Below, piece by piece: positions 7,449-20,772 of a stretch of 64,000 bases of DNA. A program made the translations under genes and the position numbers. Under the pieces are notes generated by a model that saw nothing but the letters and a program-made list of their open reading frames with translations, did not search any database and was not told where the DNA came from. The stretch's first letter is position 1, and each line of letters starts with the position of its first letter. Location of the stretch: contig JASFQK010000023.1 of NCBI GenBank assembly GCA_050115495.1, positions 1 through 64,000 on the forward strand. Reading direction: 5' to 3'. The DNA is from Phycisphaerae bacterium. Lineage in GTDB: Bacteria > Planctomycetota > Phycisphaerae > UBA1845 > Fen-1342.

Positions 7449-8594
7449 TCAGTCGAGCTGCTTGCGGAAGCGGAGCACGCTGAGAGCGAGGATGGCCGTG
7501 CAGCAGATGGACAGACCAGCGACGTGCGGGAGGAGGTCGGCCAGCGTGGCCGAGCGCAGGATAATGCCGCGCAAAATCTCGATGAAGTAGGTCACCGGTA
7601 TCGCGAAGCTGACGAGGTACATCGGCGTGGGCATGGCCTCGCGGGGGAAGACGAATCCGGACAGCAGGATCGACGGCAGCATGATGATGAAGGCGAACTG
7701 GATGGCCTGGAGCTGCGTGGTCGCCAGTGTCGAGACCAGCAGGCCCAGTCCGAGTGCCGTCAGCAGGAAGAGCAGCGAGAGCGACAGGAGCAGGACGAGG
7801 TCGCCGCGGATGGGTACCTGGAAAACGAAGACCATCACGACCAGCACGATGAGCGTTTCGACGAAGCCGATGAGGGCGTAGGGGATCAGCTTGCCGAGAA
7901 GCAGGCCGGCGCGGCCGACCGGGGTGACGAAGAGCTGTTCGAGTGTGCCGAGCTCACGCTCGCGGACGACGGCGAACGAGGTCAGGAAGAGGGTGACGAG
8001 CTGCATGATGATGCCGATCAGGCCAGGCACGAAGAAGTGTGCGCTGCGCAGGTCGGGGTTGTAGAGCAGGCGGGGGCGGACCTCGATGGGGATGGTCAGC
8101 CGGCCGGCCGGGTCGCGGGCCGGGGCGGCGTGACGGCTTTCCGCGAAGGCCAGGCCGCGGTGCAGCGAGAGGTTGAGCCCGAGCAGGGCGGCGCTGTTCA
8201 GCGCGGTGCTGGCCACCTGCGAATCGCTGCCGTCGATGAGCACCTGTACCGAGGCCTGCTGCCCGTGGAGCAGCTTTTCGGTGTAGTCGGGTGGGATGCG
8301 CACGCCGACCTTCGCCCGCCCGGAGGAGAGGGCGGCGTCGAAGGCGCTTTGGTCGTGCACTTCCTCGACGACGTGGAACTTGCGCGAGTTCTCGAGGGCG
8401 GCGACGAAGTCGCGGGCGTCCTGGCGCTGGTCCAGGTCGAAGACGACGGTGCGAATGTGGTCGACGGTCGTGCCGATCGCGTAGCCGAAGATGGTGAGCT
8501 GCACGACGGGCACGAGGAAGGCGAAGAAGAGCGTGGCCGGCTCGCGGCGAATATGGGCGAATTCCTTGAGCAGAATGGCGAGCAGGCCGTTCAC
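7449..8594 (-). CDS. ABC-2 type transporter permease (YbhR/YbhS-like)
   Basis: GTG start at 8594 overlaps the upstream stop (GTGA). KEFAHIRRE, RERELGTLEQLFVTP, LLSGFVFP and multiple TM helices. Confidence 0.9.
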   Translation of the reverse strand: MNGLLAILLKEFAHIRREPATLFFAFLVPVVQLTIFGYAIGTTVDHIRTVVFDLDQRQDARDFVAALENSRKFHVVEEVHDQSAFDAALSSGRAKVGVRIPPDYTEKLLHGQQASVQVLIDGSDSQVASTALNSAALLGLNLSLHRGLAFAESRHAAPARDPAGRLTIPIEVRPRLLYNPDLRSAHFFVPGLIGIIMQLVTLFLTSFAVVRERELGTLEQLFVTPVGRAGLLLGKLIPYALIGFVETLIVLVVMVFVFQVPIRGDLVLLLSLSLLFLLTALGLGLLVSTLATTQLQAIQFAFIIMLPSILLSGFVFPREAMPTPMYLVSFAIPVTYFIEILRGIILRSATLADLLPHVAGLSICCTAILALSVLRFRKQLD

Positions 8595-9556
8595 GTCGCC
8601 CTCCGCTGCGTTTCCTCGCGACTGAGCGTGACGAAGACGTCTTCGAGCGTCGGGGCGATCGGCCGCACTTCCACCGCCGCGGGCTCCTCGCCGGTGGCGG
8701 CCACGAGGGCGTCGTCGGCGGTGCTGTCGGCGGCGAGGACGTGCAGGGTCTGGCCGAAGAGCGTGGCGTCGCGAACGCCGGGCGCCGTGCGCAGGCGGGC
8801 CAGGGCCGCCGCCGGCCGTTCGCAGTAGATCTCCAGTCGGCGGGTGCCGGCGGGCGTGACGGCGGGCAGTTGCTTGAGGTCGGTCGGGCGGCCGCAGACG
8901 ATCAGCCGCGACATGTAGATGTAGCCGACGTGCGTGCAGCGCTCGGCCTCGTCCATGTAGTGCGTCGTGACGAAGAGGGTGACGCCCTGGCCGGAGAGGT
9001 CGAAGAGCAGGTCCCATAATTCGCGACGGGCCACCGGGTCGATGCCGGCAGTCGGCTCGTCGAGGAAGAGCACGTCCGGCTCGTGGATCAGGGCACAGGC
9101 CAGGGCCAGCCGTTGTTTCCAGCCGCCGGAGAGACGGCCCGCCAGGCGCTGCTGGAAGGGGCCGATGCCGACTAGGTCCATGAGCGCCTGCTTGCGGGCG
9201 GCGAGGCGGGCCCTGCGGAGGCCATAGACGCGGCCGTAGAAGTCGAGGTTCTCGTCGACGCTGAGATCGCCGTAGAGGCTGAACTTCTGCGACATGTAGC
9301 CGATGCGGCGTTTGATGGCCTCGGACTCGCGGGCGACGTCGTGGCCGAGGACCGTGCCACGGCCAAGCGTCGGCCGCAATACGCCGCAGAGCATGCGGAT
9401 GATGGTGGACTTGCCGCTGCCGTTGGGGCCGAGGAAGCCGTAGATCGCCGCCCGCGGTACGGTGAAGCTCACGTCGCGGACAGCGACGAAGTCGCCGAAG
9501 CGGCGGGTCAGTCCGTCGGCCTCGATGACCGTATCGGCCGCGACCGCTGCGGTCAT
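8591..9556 (-). CDS. ABC transporter ATP-binding protein (YbhF-like)
   Basis: Walker A GPNGSGKS, signature LSGGWKQ, Walker B FLDEPT, TTHYMDEAE. Confidence 0.93.
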   Translation of the reverse strand: MTAAVAADTVIEADGLTRRFGDFVAVRDVSFTVPRAAIYGFLGPNGSGKSTIIRMLCGVLRPTLGRGTVLGHDVARESEAIKRRIGYMSQKFSLYGDLSVDENLDFYGRVYGLRRARLAARKQALMDLVGIGPFQQRLAGRLSGGWKQRLALACALIHEPDVLFLDEPTAGIDPVARRELWDLLFDLSGQGVTLFVTTHYMDEAERCTHVGYIYMSRLIVCGRPTDLKQLPAVTPAGTRRLEIYCERPAAALARLRTAPGVRDATLFGQTLHVLAADSTADDALVAATGEEPAAVEVRPIAPTLEDVFVTLSREETQRRAT

Positions 9557-10689
9557 GGCGTCTCTTCCAGGAACACGTCGGCGGACATGCCCGCCCGCAG
9601 TACGTCGCGACCCTCGTCCAGCGTCACCTTGATGCGGAAGACCTGCTTCACCCGCTCTTCCGGCGTCTGCACGTTGGACGGCGTGAACTCGGCGTCACGC
9701 GAGATGAAGGTCAGATGGCCGGCGAAGCGGCGGTCGGGGAACGAGTCGACGCGCAGCGACACACGCTGGCCGAGCTTCAGATCGAGCCGGTTCTCGGGGA
9801 CGTAGGCCCGCACCCACAGATCGGACATGTCTGTCAAGGCGATGACCGGTGCGCCGGGAGCGATCAAGTCGCCGGGCCGCAGGTCGGCGGCCTCGACCAC
9901 GCTGTCGACCGGGGCGGTCACGATGAGCTCGGCCATCTGTCGTTGGATGATTGCCACCGCGGCCTGTGATGAGGCGACCAGGGCTTCGGCTTCGGCGATG
10001 TCCTCGGCACGGGCGCCGGCTTCGAGGAGGGCGAGCGTCTGCTCGGCCTGGGCGAGCAGCGCGGTGGCCTCGGCGATGTCCTCGGCGCGGGTGCCTTCCT
10101 TGAGCAGGGCGAGCTCGTCGCGGGCGCTGTCGACGCGAGCCTGAGCGACGGCCAGTGCGCGGGTGGCGTCGTCCAGCTCCTCCTGGGCCCCCTGCTCGGC
10201 GGCGACGAGACGGCTGATGCGCTCGTAGTCCTTCTGGGCTTTGACCAGATCGGCCTGGGCCAGAGCGAGAGCGTCTTCGCGAATCTTGATTTCGAGCGGA
10301 CGCGGTCCGGCGACGAGCTTGTCGAGCACGGCCTGAGCGCGGTCGCGGGCCGCCTTGGCGCCGGCGATCTCCTCAGGACGCGATCCGGCCCGCAGCTTCT
10401 CCAGCCGCGCTTGCTGCGCCGCCAGCGCTGCCTGGGTCTGGGCCAGACGCTCGCTCAGGTCGTACGGCTCGAACTCGAGGAGCTTCGCGCCGGCGGAGAC
10501 GCGGTCGCCCTCGGCGATGTGCACGGCCTGGATGCGGCCCCCGACGTGCGAGCCGACCCGGATCTGGTGCGACTCGATGAAGCCGGAGACGAAGAAGGGC
10601 TCGTGGCGCTGCTGGCTCCAGATCAGCGCCGCCAGCGCCACCAAGGCGATGGGGATGACCAGTAGCAGGCGTTTCATGGGGGGCAGCAT
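9553..10689 (-). CDS. HlyD family membrane fusion protein (YbhG-like)
   Basis: N-terminal TM, lipoyl-like halves, long coiled coil, AEFTPSNVQTPEER. The start may be ATG 10677. Confidence 0.9.
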   Translation of the reverse strand: MLPPMKRLLLVIPIALVALAALIWSQQRHEPFFVSGFIESHQIRVGSHVGGRIQAVHIAEGDRVSAGAKLLEFEPYDLSERLAQTQAALAAQQARLEKLRAGSRPEEIAGAKAARDRAQAVLDKLVAGPRPLEIKIREDALALAQADLVKAQKDYERISRLVAAEQGAQEELDDATRALAVAQARVDSARDELALLKEGTRAEDIAEATALLAQAEQTLALLEAGARAEDIAEAEALVASSQAAVAIIQRQMAELIVTAPVDSVVEAADLRPGDLIAPGAPVIALTDMSDLWVRAYVPENRLDLKLGQRVSLRVDSFPDRRFAGHLTFISRDAEFTPSNVQTPEERVKQVFRIKVTLDEGRDVLRAGMSADVFLEETP

Positions 10690-10877
10690 AGCCCCGGGAT
10701 GTCAGGATTCAATGACGCCGGGCGGCGGTCGGGTCGGGTCGCCTACCGTTTTCTGGCGGGATTCCGCCGCCGGCGCCGTCCTGAGCCTAAGACGCCCGTT
10801 GCGGTTGACGCGACCCGCCCGCGGTGTGGATACTCGCGGGCGTGACGTGCAGCGGCGGGGTGCGGAGGTTTGGCGGT

Positions 10878-11876
10878 ATGTCAGTGACGCATGCAGAGAT
10901 CCAGGAAATCGGCGACATCGTTCGCCGGCACTATGAGCCGTTCGAGCGGCTGCTGACCGAGATTCGGCGGGTGATCGTCGGGCAGGACGACCTGCTGCGG
11001 AAGATGCTGGTCGGGTTGCTGGCCGATGGGCATATCCTGCTGGAAGGTGTGCCGGGGCTGGCCAAGACGACCGCCGTGGCCTGCCTGGCCCGGGCGGTGA
11101 GCACGCGGTTCCAGCGCATCCAGTTTACGCCGGACCTGCTGCCCGCGGACATTCTGGGCACCATGGTCTTTCAGCCGCAGGACGGGAGCTTCGCCGTCAA
11201 GAAGGGGCCGGTCTTCGCCAACTTCATTCTGGCGGACGAGGTGAACCGGGCGCCGGCGAAGGTGCAAAGCGCGCTGCTCGAGGCGATGCAGGAGCGGCAG
11301 GTGACCATTGGCGCGCAGACGTTCCCGCTGGAGCGGCCGTTCCTGGTGCTGGCGACGCAGAACCCGATCGAGCAGGAGGGGACGTACCCGCTGCCCGAGG
11401 CGCAGGTCGACCGTTTCATGCTCAAGCTGCTGGTGGAGTACCCGACGCAGGAGCAGGAGCGGCAGATCCTCGACCGCATGGCGACGCATCGCGGTGCCGT
11501 CGAGATTCAGCCGGTGATGACGGCGGCGGAGATCTTCACCGCCCGCAAGGTGCTCGACGACATCTACATGGTCGACAAGATCAAGGACTACATCGTCACG
11601 CTGGTACACGCCACGCGGCGGCCGGCGGATTTCGGGCTCGAGATCGGCGAGTGGATCGAGTACGGGGCGTCGCCGCGGGCGTCGATCTACCTGGCGATGG
11701 GGGCGCGGGCGATGGCGTTCCTGGCGGGGCGGGGTTACGTGACGCCGCAGGACGTGAAGGACATCGCGCCGGACGTGCTGCGGCATCGCGTGATCGTCAG
11801 CTACGAAGCCGAGGCGGAAGAGAAGACGAGCGAGGACGCGGTGCGGTACGTCCTCGACCATATCGAGGTGCCGTAG
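10878..11876 (+). CDS. moxR: MoxR family AAA+ ATPase
   Basis: GGAGG RBS then ATG at 10878. LLEGVPGLAKT, RIQFTPDLLPAD, DEVNRAPAKVQSALLEAMQE, TQNPIEQEGTYPLPEAQVDRF. Confidence 0.93.
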   Translation: MSVTHAEIQEIGDIVRRHYEPFERLLTEIRRVIVGQDDLLRKMLVGLLADGHILLEGVPGLAKTTAVACLARAVSTRFQRIQFTPDLLPADILGTMVFQPQDGSFAVKKGPVFANFILADEVNRAPAKVQSALLEAMQERQVTIGAQTFPLERPFLVLATQNPIEQEGTYPLPEAQVDRFMLKLLVEYPTQEQERQILDRMATHRGAVEIQPVMTAAEIFTARKVLDDIYMVDKIKDYIVTLVHATRRPADFGLEIGEWIEYGASPRASIYLAMGARAMAFLAGRGYVTPQDVKDIAPDVLRHRVIVSYEAEAEEKTSEDAVRYVLDHIEVP

Positions 11877-11883
11877 GGGGAAA

Positions 11884-11912
11884 CACTGGTGGGCGAGCCA
11901 CCAGTGGCACCC
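11884..11912. repeat. REP-like palindrome between convergent genes
   Basis: CACTGGTGG-GCGAG-CCACCAGTG-GCACCC, a 9-bp perfect stem. Confidence 0.6.
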
Positions 11913-11916
11913 GGCG

Positions 11917-14841
<2,925 letters not shown>

Positions 14842-15168
14842 CGCGTCCCTGCTCCTCGCCGCGGCCGGAGGCGTTCGTGCGGGCCGTACCCGCTACGCCG
14901 TCCGATGCATCACGATGCGCGTTGCGCCGTGCGGGAAATGGTTGTTGCCGGCGACACTGCCCGACGTGACCCCGTCAAGACGGACGTGCATGCCCGACCA
15001 GCGCGCTTCGCGCAACGCCGTGCCGTCCATGATGGACCGCAAGTCCGGCATCACCGTCTTCCGTCGAGATCTCGGGCGAGCGAGGGCGCGCCGCCATGCC
15101 ACCCGGTCTACTGACCTGCCGTGTACCGGGGCCGGCTGGGGACCCGCGTCGCGGATCTCGTACGATAG

Positions 15169-15195
15169 GTATCGGGTTGATCGGGTAAGGCCTTA
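15169..15195 (-). promoter_or_regulatory. Sigma28-like promoter upstream of the hybrid kinase
   Basis: Minus TAAG-N15-CCCGATAC versus the FliA consensus TAAA-N15-GCCGATAA. Confidence 0.5.
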
Positions 15196-15409
15196 AAAGA
15201 CCCCCTCTGGCCGCAATATTCCGGACTTCCGACGGTGAAATTCTTTAACACGCGCTGAACCACCGGCCGGCGTCCCCGTACAAACTGGTGGCGATAAGGT
15301 GCCTGGTTTCGGCCCGGGGATTTGAGTGGAGGAAGAAGCGCCGGCCGGAGTGCCGTTGCAGAGGCCACTCCCGCCGGGACGGCAGCGCGGCCTGTTCCTG
15401 CCGCGCCGT

Positions 15410-16540
15410 TCAATCGCCGTGCAGTAGTGCGTCCGCGATACGCTCGCTGGCTCGGCCGTCGCCGTAGGGGTTCTGTACGACCGCGGAGCGCGGTTCGTTG
15501 TTGCTGCTGAGACAGGCAGTTACGGCGGCCTGGATGCTCTCGCGACGATTGCCTACCAGTTTGACGCAGCCGGCCTCGACGCCCTCCGGCCGCTCGGTGG
15601 TGTTGCGCATCACCAGGACGGGGATGCCGAGGCTGGGGGCTTCCTCCTGCACACCGCCGGAATCCGTCAGAATGAGTGTGCTGCGCTGCATCAGCCAGCA
15701 GAAGGGCGCATACGGTAGGGGGGCCAGCAGGTGCACGTTCGGCCGTCCGCCGAGCAAACGCCGCACCGGCTCCTGAACGTTGGGGTTGAGGTGCACGGGG
15801 TATACCCAGTGCACGTCCGGACGCGCTTGCGCCAGGGCAGCGATCGCCGCACAGATGTTCTCGAAGCCTTCGCCGAAGCTTTCCCGCCGATGGCCGGTGA
15901 TGAGCACCAGCGGCGCCTGGCCGACGTGCTCGTCGGTCCAGCGCTGCAAGTCGCGGACGTCGGGCGGCGGATCGCGGCGGACGAGGTCCAGTACGCGGAA
16001 GAGGGCGTCGATCACGGTGTTGCCGGTCACGACGATCTGCTCGGCGGGGATGCGCTCGGCGAGCAGGTTATCGCGGCTGCGCGGCGTGGGGGCGAAGTGC
16101 AGGTCGGCGAGCTGCGTGCACAGCCGACGGTTGATCTCTTCGGGGAAGGGCTGTCGCTTGTCGAAGGTGCGCAGGCCGGCCTCGACGTGGCCGACGCGGA
16201 TGTTCTCGTAGAAGGCGGCGAGGGCGCCGGTCCAGACGGTCGTCGTGTCGCCCTGCACCAGCACCCAGTCGGGGCGCTCGTCGTGGAGGACGGGCTTGAG
16301 GGCGCGGACGACGTTGGCGGTCAGGTCGAAGAGATCCTGCCCCGGCTGCATGAGCTTCAGGTCGACGTCCGGCGTGAGGCGGAAGAGGGTCAGCACCTGG
16401 TCGAGCATCTCGCGATGCTGGCCGGTGGTGCAAATGCGCACGTCGAAATCGTGCGGGCGCGCCTGCATGTGCAGAATGACCGGGGCCATCTTGATGGCCT
16501 CGGGGCGAGTGCCGAAGACGAAGAGGATTTTTCGGGGCAC
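15410..16540 (-). CDS. wecB: UDP-N-acetylglucosamine 2-epimerase (non-hydrolysing)
   Basis: FGTRPEAIKMAP, TGQHREML, QGDT, HVEAGLRT, PFPEEINR, TDSGGVQEEAPSLG, NPYGDG. Confidence 0.93.
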   Translation of the reverse strand: MPRKILFVFGTRPEAIKMAPVILHMQARPHDFDVRICTTGQHREMLDQVLTLFRLTPDVDLKLMQPGQDLFDLTANVVRALKPVLHDERPDWVLVQGDTTTVWTGALAAFYENIRVGHVEAGLRTFDKRQPFPEEINRRLCTQLADLHFAPTPRSRDNLLAERIPAEQIVVTGNTVIDALFRVLDLVRRDPPPDVRDLQRWTDEHVGQAPLVLITGHRRESFGEGFENICAAIAALAQARPDVHWVYPVHLNPNVQEPVRRLLGGRPNVHLLAPLPYAPFCWLMQRSTLILTDSGGVQEEAPSLGIPVLVMRNTTERPEGVEAGCVKLVGNRRESIQAAVTACLSSNNEPRSAVVQNPYGDGRASERIADALLHGD

Positions 16541-16581
16541 GCTGAGCTACTCTCGATTGGTCTGTCGCGGCCGGGCCGGCG

Positions 16582-17682
16582 CTACTTGGCGCAGTGCTCG
16601 GCCAGGATGGCGGCGATGCGTTCGGCGGCGCGTCCGTCCCACTTCTCGGGGATGCGGGCGTTGCCGACGGGCGTGGCCCGGCAGCGCCGATACTCGGTCA
16701 GGATCTTGTCGGGATCGGTGCCGACCAGCGTGTTGGTACCGTGCGTGATCGTCACCGGACGTTCGGTGTTCTCGCGGAGCGTCAGGCACCACACGCCGAG
16801 AATCGTGGTTTCTTCCTGGATACCGCCCGAGTCGGTCAGGACGATGGCGGCCCGGCCCATGAGCTTGAGGAAGTCGAGGTAGCCGAGCGGCTCCACCACC
16901 TTCAGGCTGCGCAGGGCCTCGATGCGGGGCGCCAGGCCGAGCCGCGAGAGGTTGGCCAGCGTGCGCGGGTGCATCGGGAACACGATGGGCATATCGCCGC
17001 CGACGACTTCGAGCACATCCAGGATGCGGCCGAGCACGACCGGATCATCGACGTTGCTCGGCCGGTGCAGCGTGACGACGGCGTATTGCGCCGGCGAAAG
17101 CGACAACCGTTCGAGTACGTTCGACTTCTCGGCGGCCGCCTGGTTGGCCCGCAGCGTATCGATCATGACGTTGCCGACGAAGTGCAGCTTCTCCGGCGGG
17201 GCGCCCTCGCGCTGGAGGTTGGCCATACCGCTGGGCTCGCTGACGAAGAGCAGGTCGGAGATGGCGTCGGTCAGCAGGCGGTTGATCTCTTCGGGCATGT
17301 CGCGGTCGAAGCTGCGCAGGCCGGCCTCGACGTGGGCCAGTCTGGCGCCGAGCTTCACCGCCACCAGGCCGCAGGCGATCGTGCTGTTCACGTCGCCGAC
17401 GACGACGACCCAGTCGGGCCGGTGCTGCGCGACGAGCGGCTCGAAGCGGGTCATGATCTCGGCAGTCTGTTTGGCGTGGCTGCCGGAGCCGACTTCGAGG
17501 TTCACGTCGGGCTCAGGGATGCCGAGCTGCCGGAAGAACAGGTCCGACATGTTGTCGTCGTAATGCTGCCCGGTGTGGACGAGCATGGGCTCGATTTCGG
17601 GGTGGGCGGCGTAGGCCCGCATGAGTGGCGCGATCTTCATGAAATTCGGACGCGCCCCGCAGATGTTGATGATCCTGGCCAT
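16582..17682 (-). CDS. wecB: Second UDP-N-acetylglucosamine 2-epimerase-family protein (GARPNFMK subtype)
   Basis: Start reassigned to ATG 17682. GARPNFMKIAP, HTGQHYD, VGDVNST, MPEEINR, TLHRPSNVD, TDSGGIQEE. Confidence 0.9.
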   Translation of the reverse strand: MARIINICGARPNFMKIAPLMRAYAAHPEIEPMLVHTGQHYDDNMSDLFFRQLGIPEPDVNLEVGSGSHAKQTAEIMTRFEPLVAQHRPDWVVVVGDVNSTIACGLVAVKLGARLAHVEAGLRSFDRDMPEEINRLLTDAISDLLFVSEPSGMANLQREGAPPEKLHFVGNVMIDTLRANQAAAEKSNVLERLSLSPAQYAVVTLHRPSNVDDPVVLGRILDVLEVVGGDMPIVFPMHPRTLANLSRLGLAPRIEALRSLKVVEPLGYLDFLKLMGRAAIVLTDSGGIQEETTILGVWCLTLRENTERPVTITHGTNTLVGTDPDKILTEYRRCRATPVGNARIPEKWDGRAAERIAAILAEHCAK

Positions 17683-17921
17683 GCTGCTTTCACCAGTGTT
17701 TGGAGCCAATTGCCCGGCGGGCCGCCACGCGCTGCGTGCCGCGACGCCGGAAGCGCTTCTTATATCGGTCATGCGGGGCCGCTGCCAGACCGGCCGGCGG
17801 GAATTCGAGACACGCCGCGTGTTGGTCTCCGGCGCCAACAATTCGTAGTTCTATATTAGGCGTATCCCGCGGGACGTGACTCGCCGGCGGGGCGCGAGCA
17901 TTCAGGATTGGAATCAAGGCC

Positions 17922-19310
17922 ATGCCACACGACAGCTTGGGCAGGGCCGTCCGCGACCGTCGCGACGACGACCCGTCACAACGCATTCCTAACAAACGTC
18001 CGATTCTCGGTCGCAGCACGCTCCACGGCCTGTGCCTGGCCAGCTTGGTGCTGGTGCTTTACGGCACGCTCGGGCCGCTGGACCCGCACGGCAGGAAGTG
18101 GCTCGCCCGGCCGGCGCACTGGAGCTGGATGCTGCCCAGTGTGCACTCGGACGCCGACGACGCCTTCACCAACGTCGCCGTCTACATCCCCGTCGGCATG
18201 GCCCTGCGCCTGTTGCTGCGGCGTCGCGGCCGCGCCGGCTCGGCCGATCTCGTGCCGGCCCTGGCGCTCTCGGTGATGTTGAGCTACGGGACGGAACTCG
18301 CTCAGCAGCTCATGCCGGCCCGCTCGGCCAATCTGATGGACTGCGCGTACAACAGCCTGGGAGCGTTGCTGGGCTGCCTGGCGGCCCCGCTCCTTCAGCG
18401 CTGGCTGCGCGTGGCGCACGCCGAGGCGTACGAGGCCAACCACGGCGGCTCCTGGACGCTGCTGGCCTGGGTGGCTTCGGCTGTCACCGCCGGCCTGATG
18501 CTCGTGCCGTTTCGCGTCGCTCGGACGCCGATGGAAATCGATGTGACGCGCCATCTCGACCTCGAGGACGTCCGCCGCTACGGCATGTTCGTCATCGTGG
18601 GCTTCTGCTGGACGGCGGCGGCCGTGCGGCGGTGGGGTGACTCGCCACGTGTGGTGCGGGCGGCGATGCCGGCCGTGCTGCTGATGGCCGTAGTCTTCGA
18701 GACGGCCCAGCTCTTCATCACTACGCACGCCTGTGGTCTGCTCGACATGTTCATCGCCGCCCTCGGCGGCGTCACCGGCTGCGCCATGGCCACGAAGTTC
18801 GCCGAGCTGCACATCATCGGCGATACCAGGCGGCAACCGCTGGACCGCCACCGTTCCCACCGGATCATCCAGACCATCGCCCTGGCCTGCATCCTGGCGA
18901 GCATCGTGCTGTTCGGCCTGCATCGGCTGACGGCGGCGCCGGCGACCGGCCCGGTCGAACTCGGCGTCTGCTGGGTCCCGTTCCAGACGTACTTCGCCCA
19001 GCCGTTTCATCATGCCCTGGCCGGCCTGATCGAATCGATGCTGCTGTACGGAGCGCTGGCGATGTTGTGTCTCGTGCTGGCCCGGTGGGATCGGCAGACT
19101 CTGGCGCTGCTGGTCGTGCTGAGCCTGTCCGTGCTGCTGGAGTGTACGCGCATGCTCTCCGCCCTGGGTCCGGCCGACGTGACCGCGCCGATCCTGGCGC
19201 TGTCCGCGTGGTTCCTGGCTTGCCGGTTCTGGTCGGCGATGGTGCCACGGGAGCCGGCGCCGCCGATGCCGGCGTTCGCCACGGTTCCACTGCGGCCGCC
19301 GTCGACGTAA
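17922..19310 (+). CDS. Multi-TM VanZ-family protein
   Basis: NVAVYIPVG...ELAQQLMPAR..NLMD..NSLG VanZ-type motif plus two further degenerate copies. About 12 hydrophobic segments. Confidence 0.7.
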   Translation: MPHDSLGRAVRDRRDDDPSQRIPNKRPILGRSTLHGLCLASLVLVLYGTLGPLDPHGRKWLARPAHWSWMLPSVHSDADDAFTNVAVYIPVGMALRLLLRRRGRAGSADLVPALALSVMLSYGTELAQQLMPARSANLMDCAYNSLGALLGCLAAPLLQRWLRVAHAEAYEANHGGSWTLLAWVASAVTAGLMLVPFRVARTPMEIDVTRHLDLEDVRRYGMFVIVGFCWTAAAVRRWGDSPRVVRAAMPAVLLMAVVFETAQLFITTHACGLLDMFIAALGGVTGCAMATKFAELHIIGDTRRQPLDRHRSHRIIQTIALACILASIVLFGLHRLTAAPATGPVELGVCWVPFQTYFAQPFHHALAGLIESMLLYGALAMLCLVLARWDRQTLALLVVLSLSVLLECTRMLSALGPADVTAPILALSAWFLACRFWSAMVPREPAPPMPAFATVPLRPPST

Positions 19311-19572
19311 CGGTGCGTTTCTGCGGCGTGCTGTCCGGCTGACGCCGCAGGACGGCCGCGCTTCCCTTATGTACTACCGATAACCAGCAACGGCAGCACG
19401 CCCTGCGCCGCGCGCCCCGTCGACGCCGCACAGTCCGCATGCGCGCGACGGCTCACAGACGGCTCCCGGCAAGCCGATAAGGCCAACAGGCTATTGAGGC
19501 AGACAGGGTGCGCGCCGTCGCAAGCAGAGAGGCCCGCCGAGGAGGCCGGCCCGCAGCCGAGAAGGCAGGGCG

Positions 19573-20772
19573 ATGAATATCGGACTTGATGCCCGCACAA
19601 TCTTCTCTCCGCGACCGCGGGGAACGGGCCGAAATCTCGCCGACGCTTTCCGTCTGTTGCCGGAACTGCGGCCGGACTGGACGTTCACCCTGTATCACCA
19701 TCGACCGGTCGAAGAGTGCCCGCTGCTGAGCGGTCCGGGCGCGCTGCCGCTACGCATGAACGTGCGCAGTCGCCGGCTGAATGTCCCCGGCGACCGCTAC
19801 GACACGTGGTTCCAGGTGGGGCTGCCGCTGGCGGCACGGTGGGATGGTGTGGACTTGCTGCACCTTCCGGCGAACGCGGCGCCCGCGTGGTGCCCGGTGC
19901 CGTACGTGGCGACAATTCACGATCTCATCCCGCTGAAAGTGGCGGGCGAAGCGACGCTCGCGGAGCAGAAGCGGTTCCGGACGGGCGTGCTGCGGGCTGT
20001 GCGCCGGGCAGCGCACGTCATCACACCGTCGTTTGCGACGCGAAACGAGTTGTGCACCGAATTCGGCGTCGATCCGGAGCGCATCAGCGTCATTCCCTGG
20101 GCACCGGACAACGCCATGCTGGCGTACGGCGCCGGCGGCCTGGCCGACGATGCGGCTTGTGCCGTGCGCGAACGCTACGGAATCACGCGACCGTGGCTCG
20201 TGAATTTCTCCGGTGGCTCTCGGCGAAAGAACGCGACCGCCGTGCTGGCGGCACTGGCTCGCCTGTCGCCTGAGCTGCGCGGGCAACATCAGCTTGTGTT
20301 GGTGGGTTGTTCGCCGGAGCCGGTGCGGCGGGATTTGGCAGCACTGGCCGAGCGGCTGGGCGTGAGCGACGACTGCCGCATACTCGGGTTCGTGCCGCAC
20401 GAGGACCTGCCGCCGCTGTTGGCGGGGTCGCGGGCGCTGCTGATTCCGAGCTTGTGCGAGGGGTTTGGGCTGCCGATTCTCGATGCATTTGCGACCGGTG
20501 TGCCGGTATTGGCGGCGGCGGGCGGCAGCCTGGAGGAGGTTGCTGGAGAAGCCGCCGTCTACTGCGACCCGACGTCGCCGGAGAGCATCGCCGCCGGGCT
20601 CGCGGAAGTTCTGCGAGCGGAGGTGTCGGCGCGGCTGGTGGCCGGTGGGCGGGCGCGGGTGCAGGCATTCACGTGGGAGCGGACGGCGCGGGCCATGGGT
20701 GAGGTGTACAGCCGTGCGGTGGCCGCGGCTGGTCGGTCTCCCGTGGCGCAGGAGGTGCTGCAGTGTCGCTGA
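19573..20772 (+). CDS. Glycosyltransferase family 4 (MtfB/WbaZ-like)
   Basis: MNIGLDAR, TIHDLIP, RKNA, PSLCEGFGLPILDAF. Confidence 0.9.
   Translation: MNIGLDARTIFSPRPRGTGRNLADAFRLLPELRPDWTFTLYHHRPVEECPLLSGPGALPLRMNVRSRRLNVPGDRYDTWFQVGLPLAARWDGVDLLHLPANAAPAWCPVPYVATIHDLIPLKVAGEATLAEQKRFRTGVLRAVRRAAHVITPSFATRNELCTEFGVDPERISVIPWAPDNAMLAYGAGGLADDAACAVRERYGITRPWLVNFSGGSRRKNATAVLAALARLSPELRGQHQLVLVGCSPEPVRRDLAALAERLGVSDDCRILGFVPHEDLPPLLAGSRALLIPSLCEGFGLPILDAFATGVPVLAAAGGSLEEVAGEAAVYCDPTSPESIAAGLAEVLRAEVSARLVAGGRARVQAFTWERTARAMGEVYSRAVAAAGRSPVAQEVLQCR

Noticed and set aside
14842..15409. Short ORFs in the spacer between the kinase and wecB
   Set aside because: No RBS, motif or coding-like composition. 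Treated as a regulatory region.
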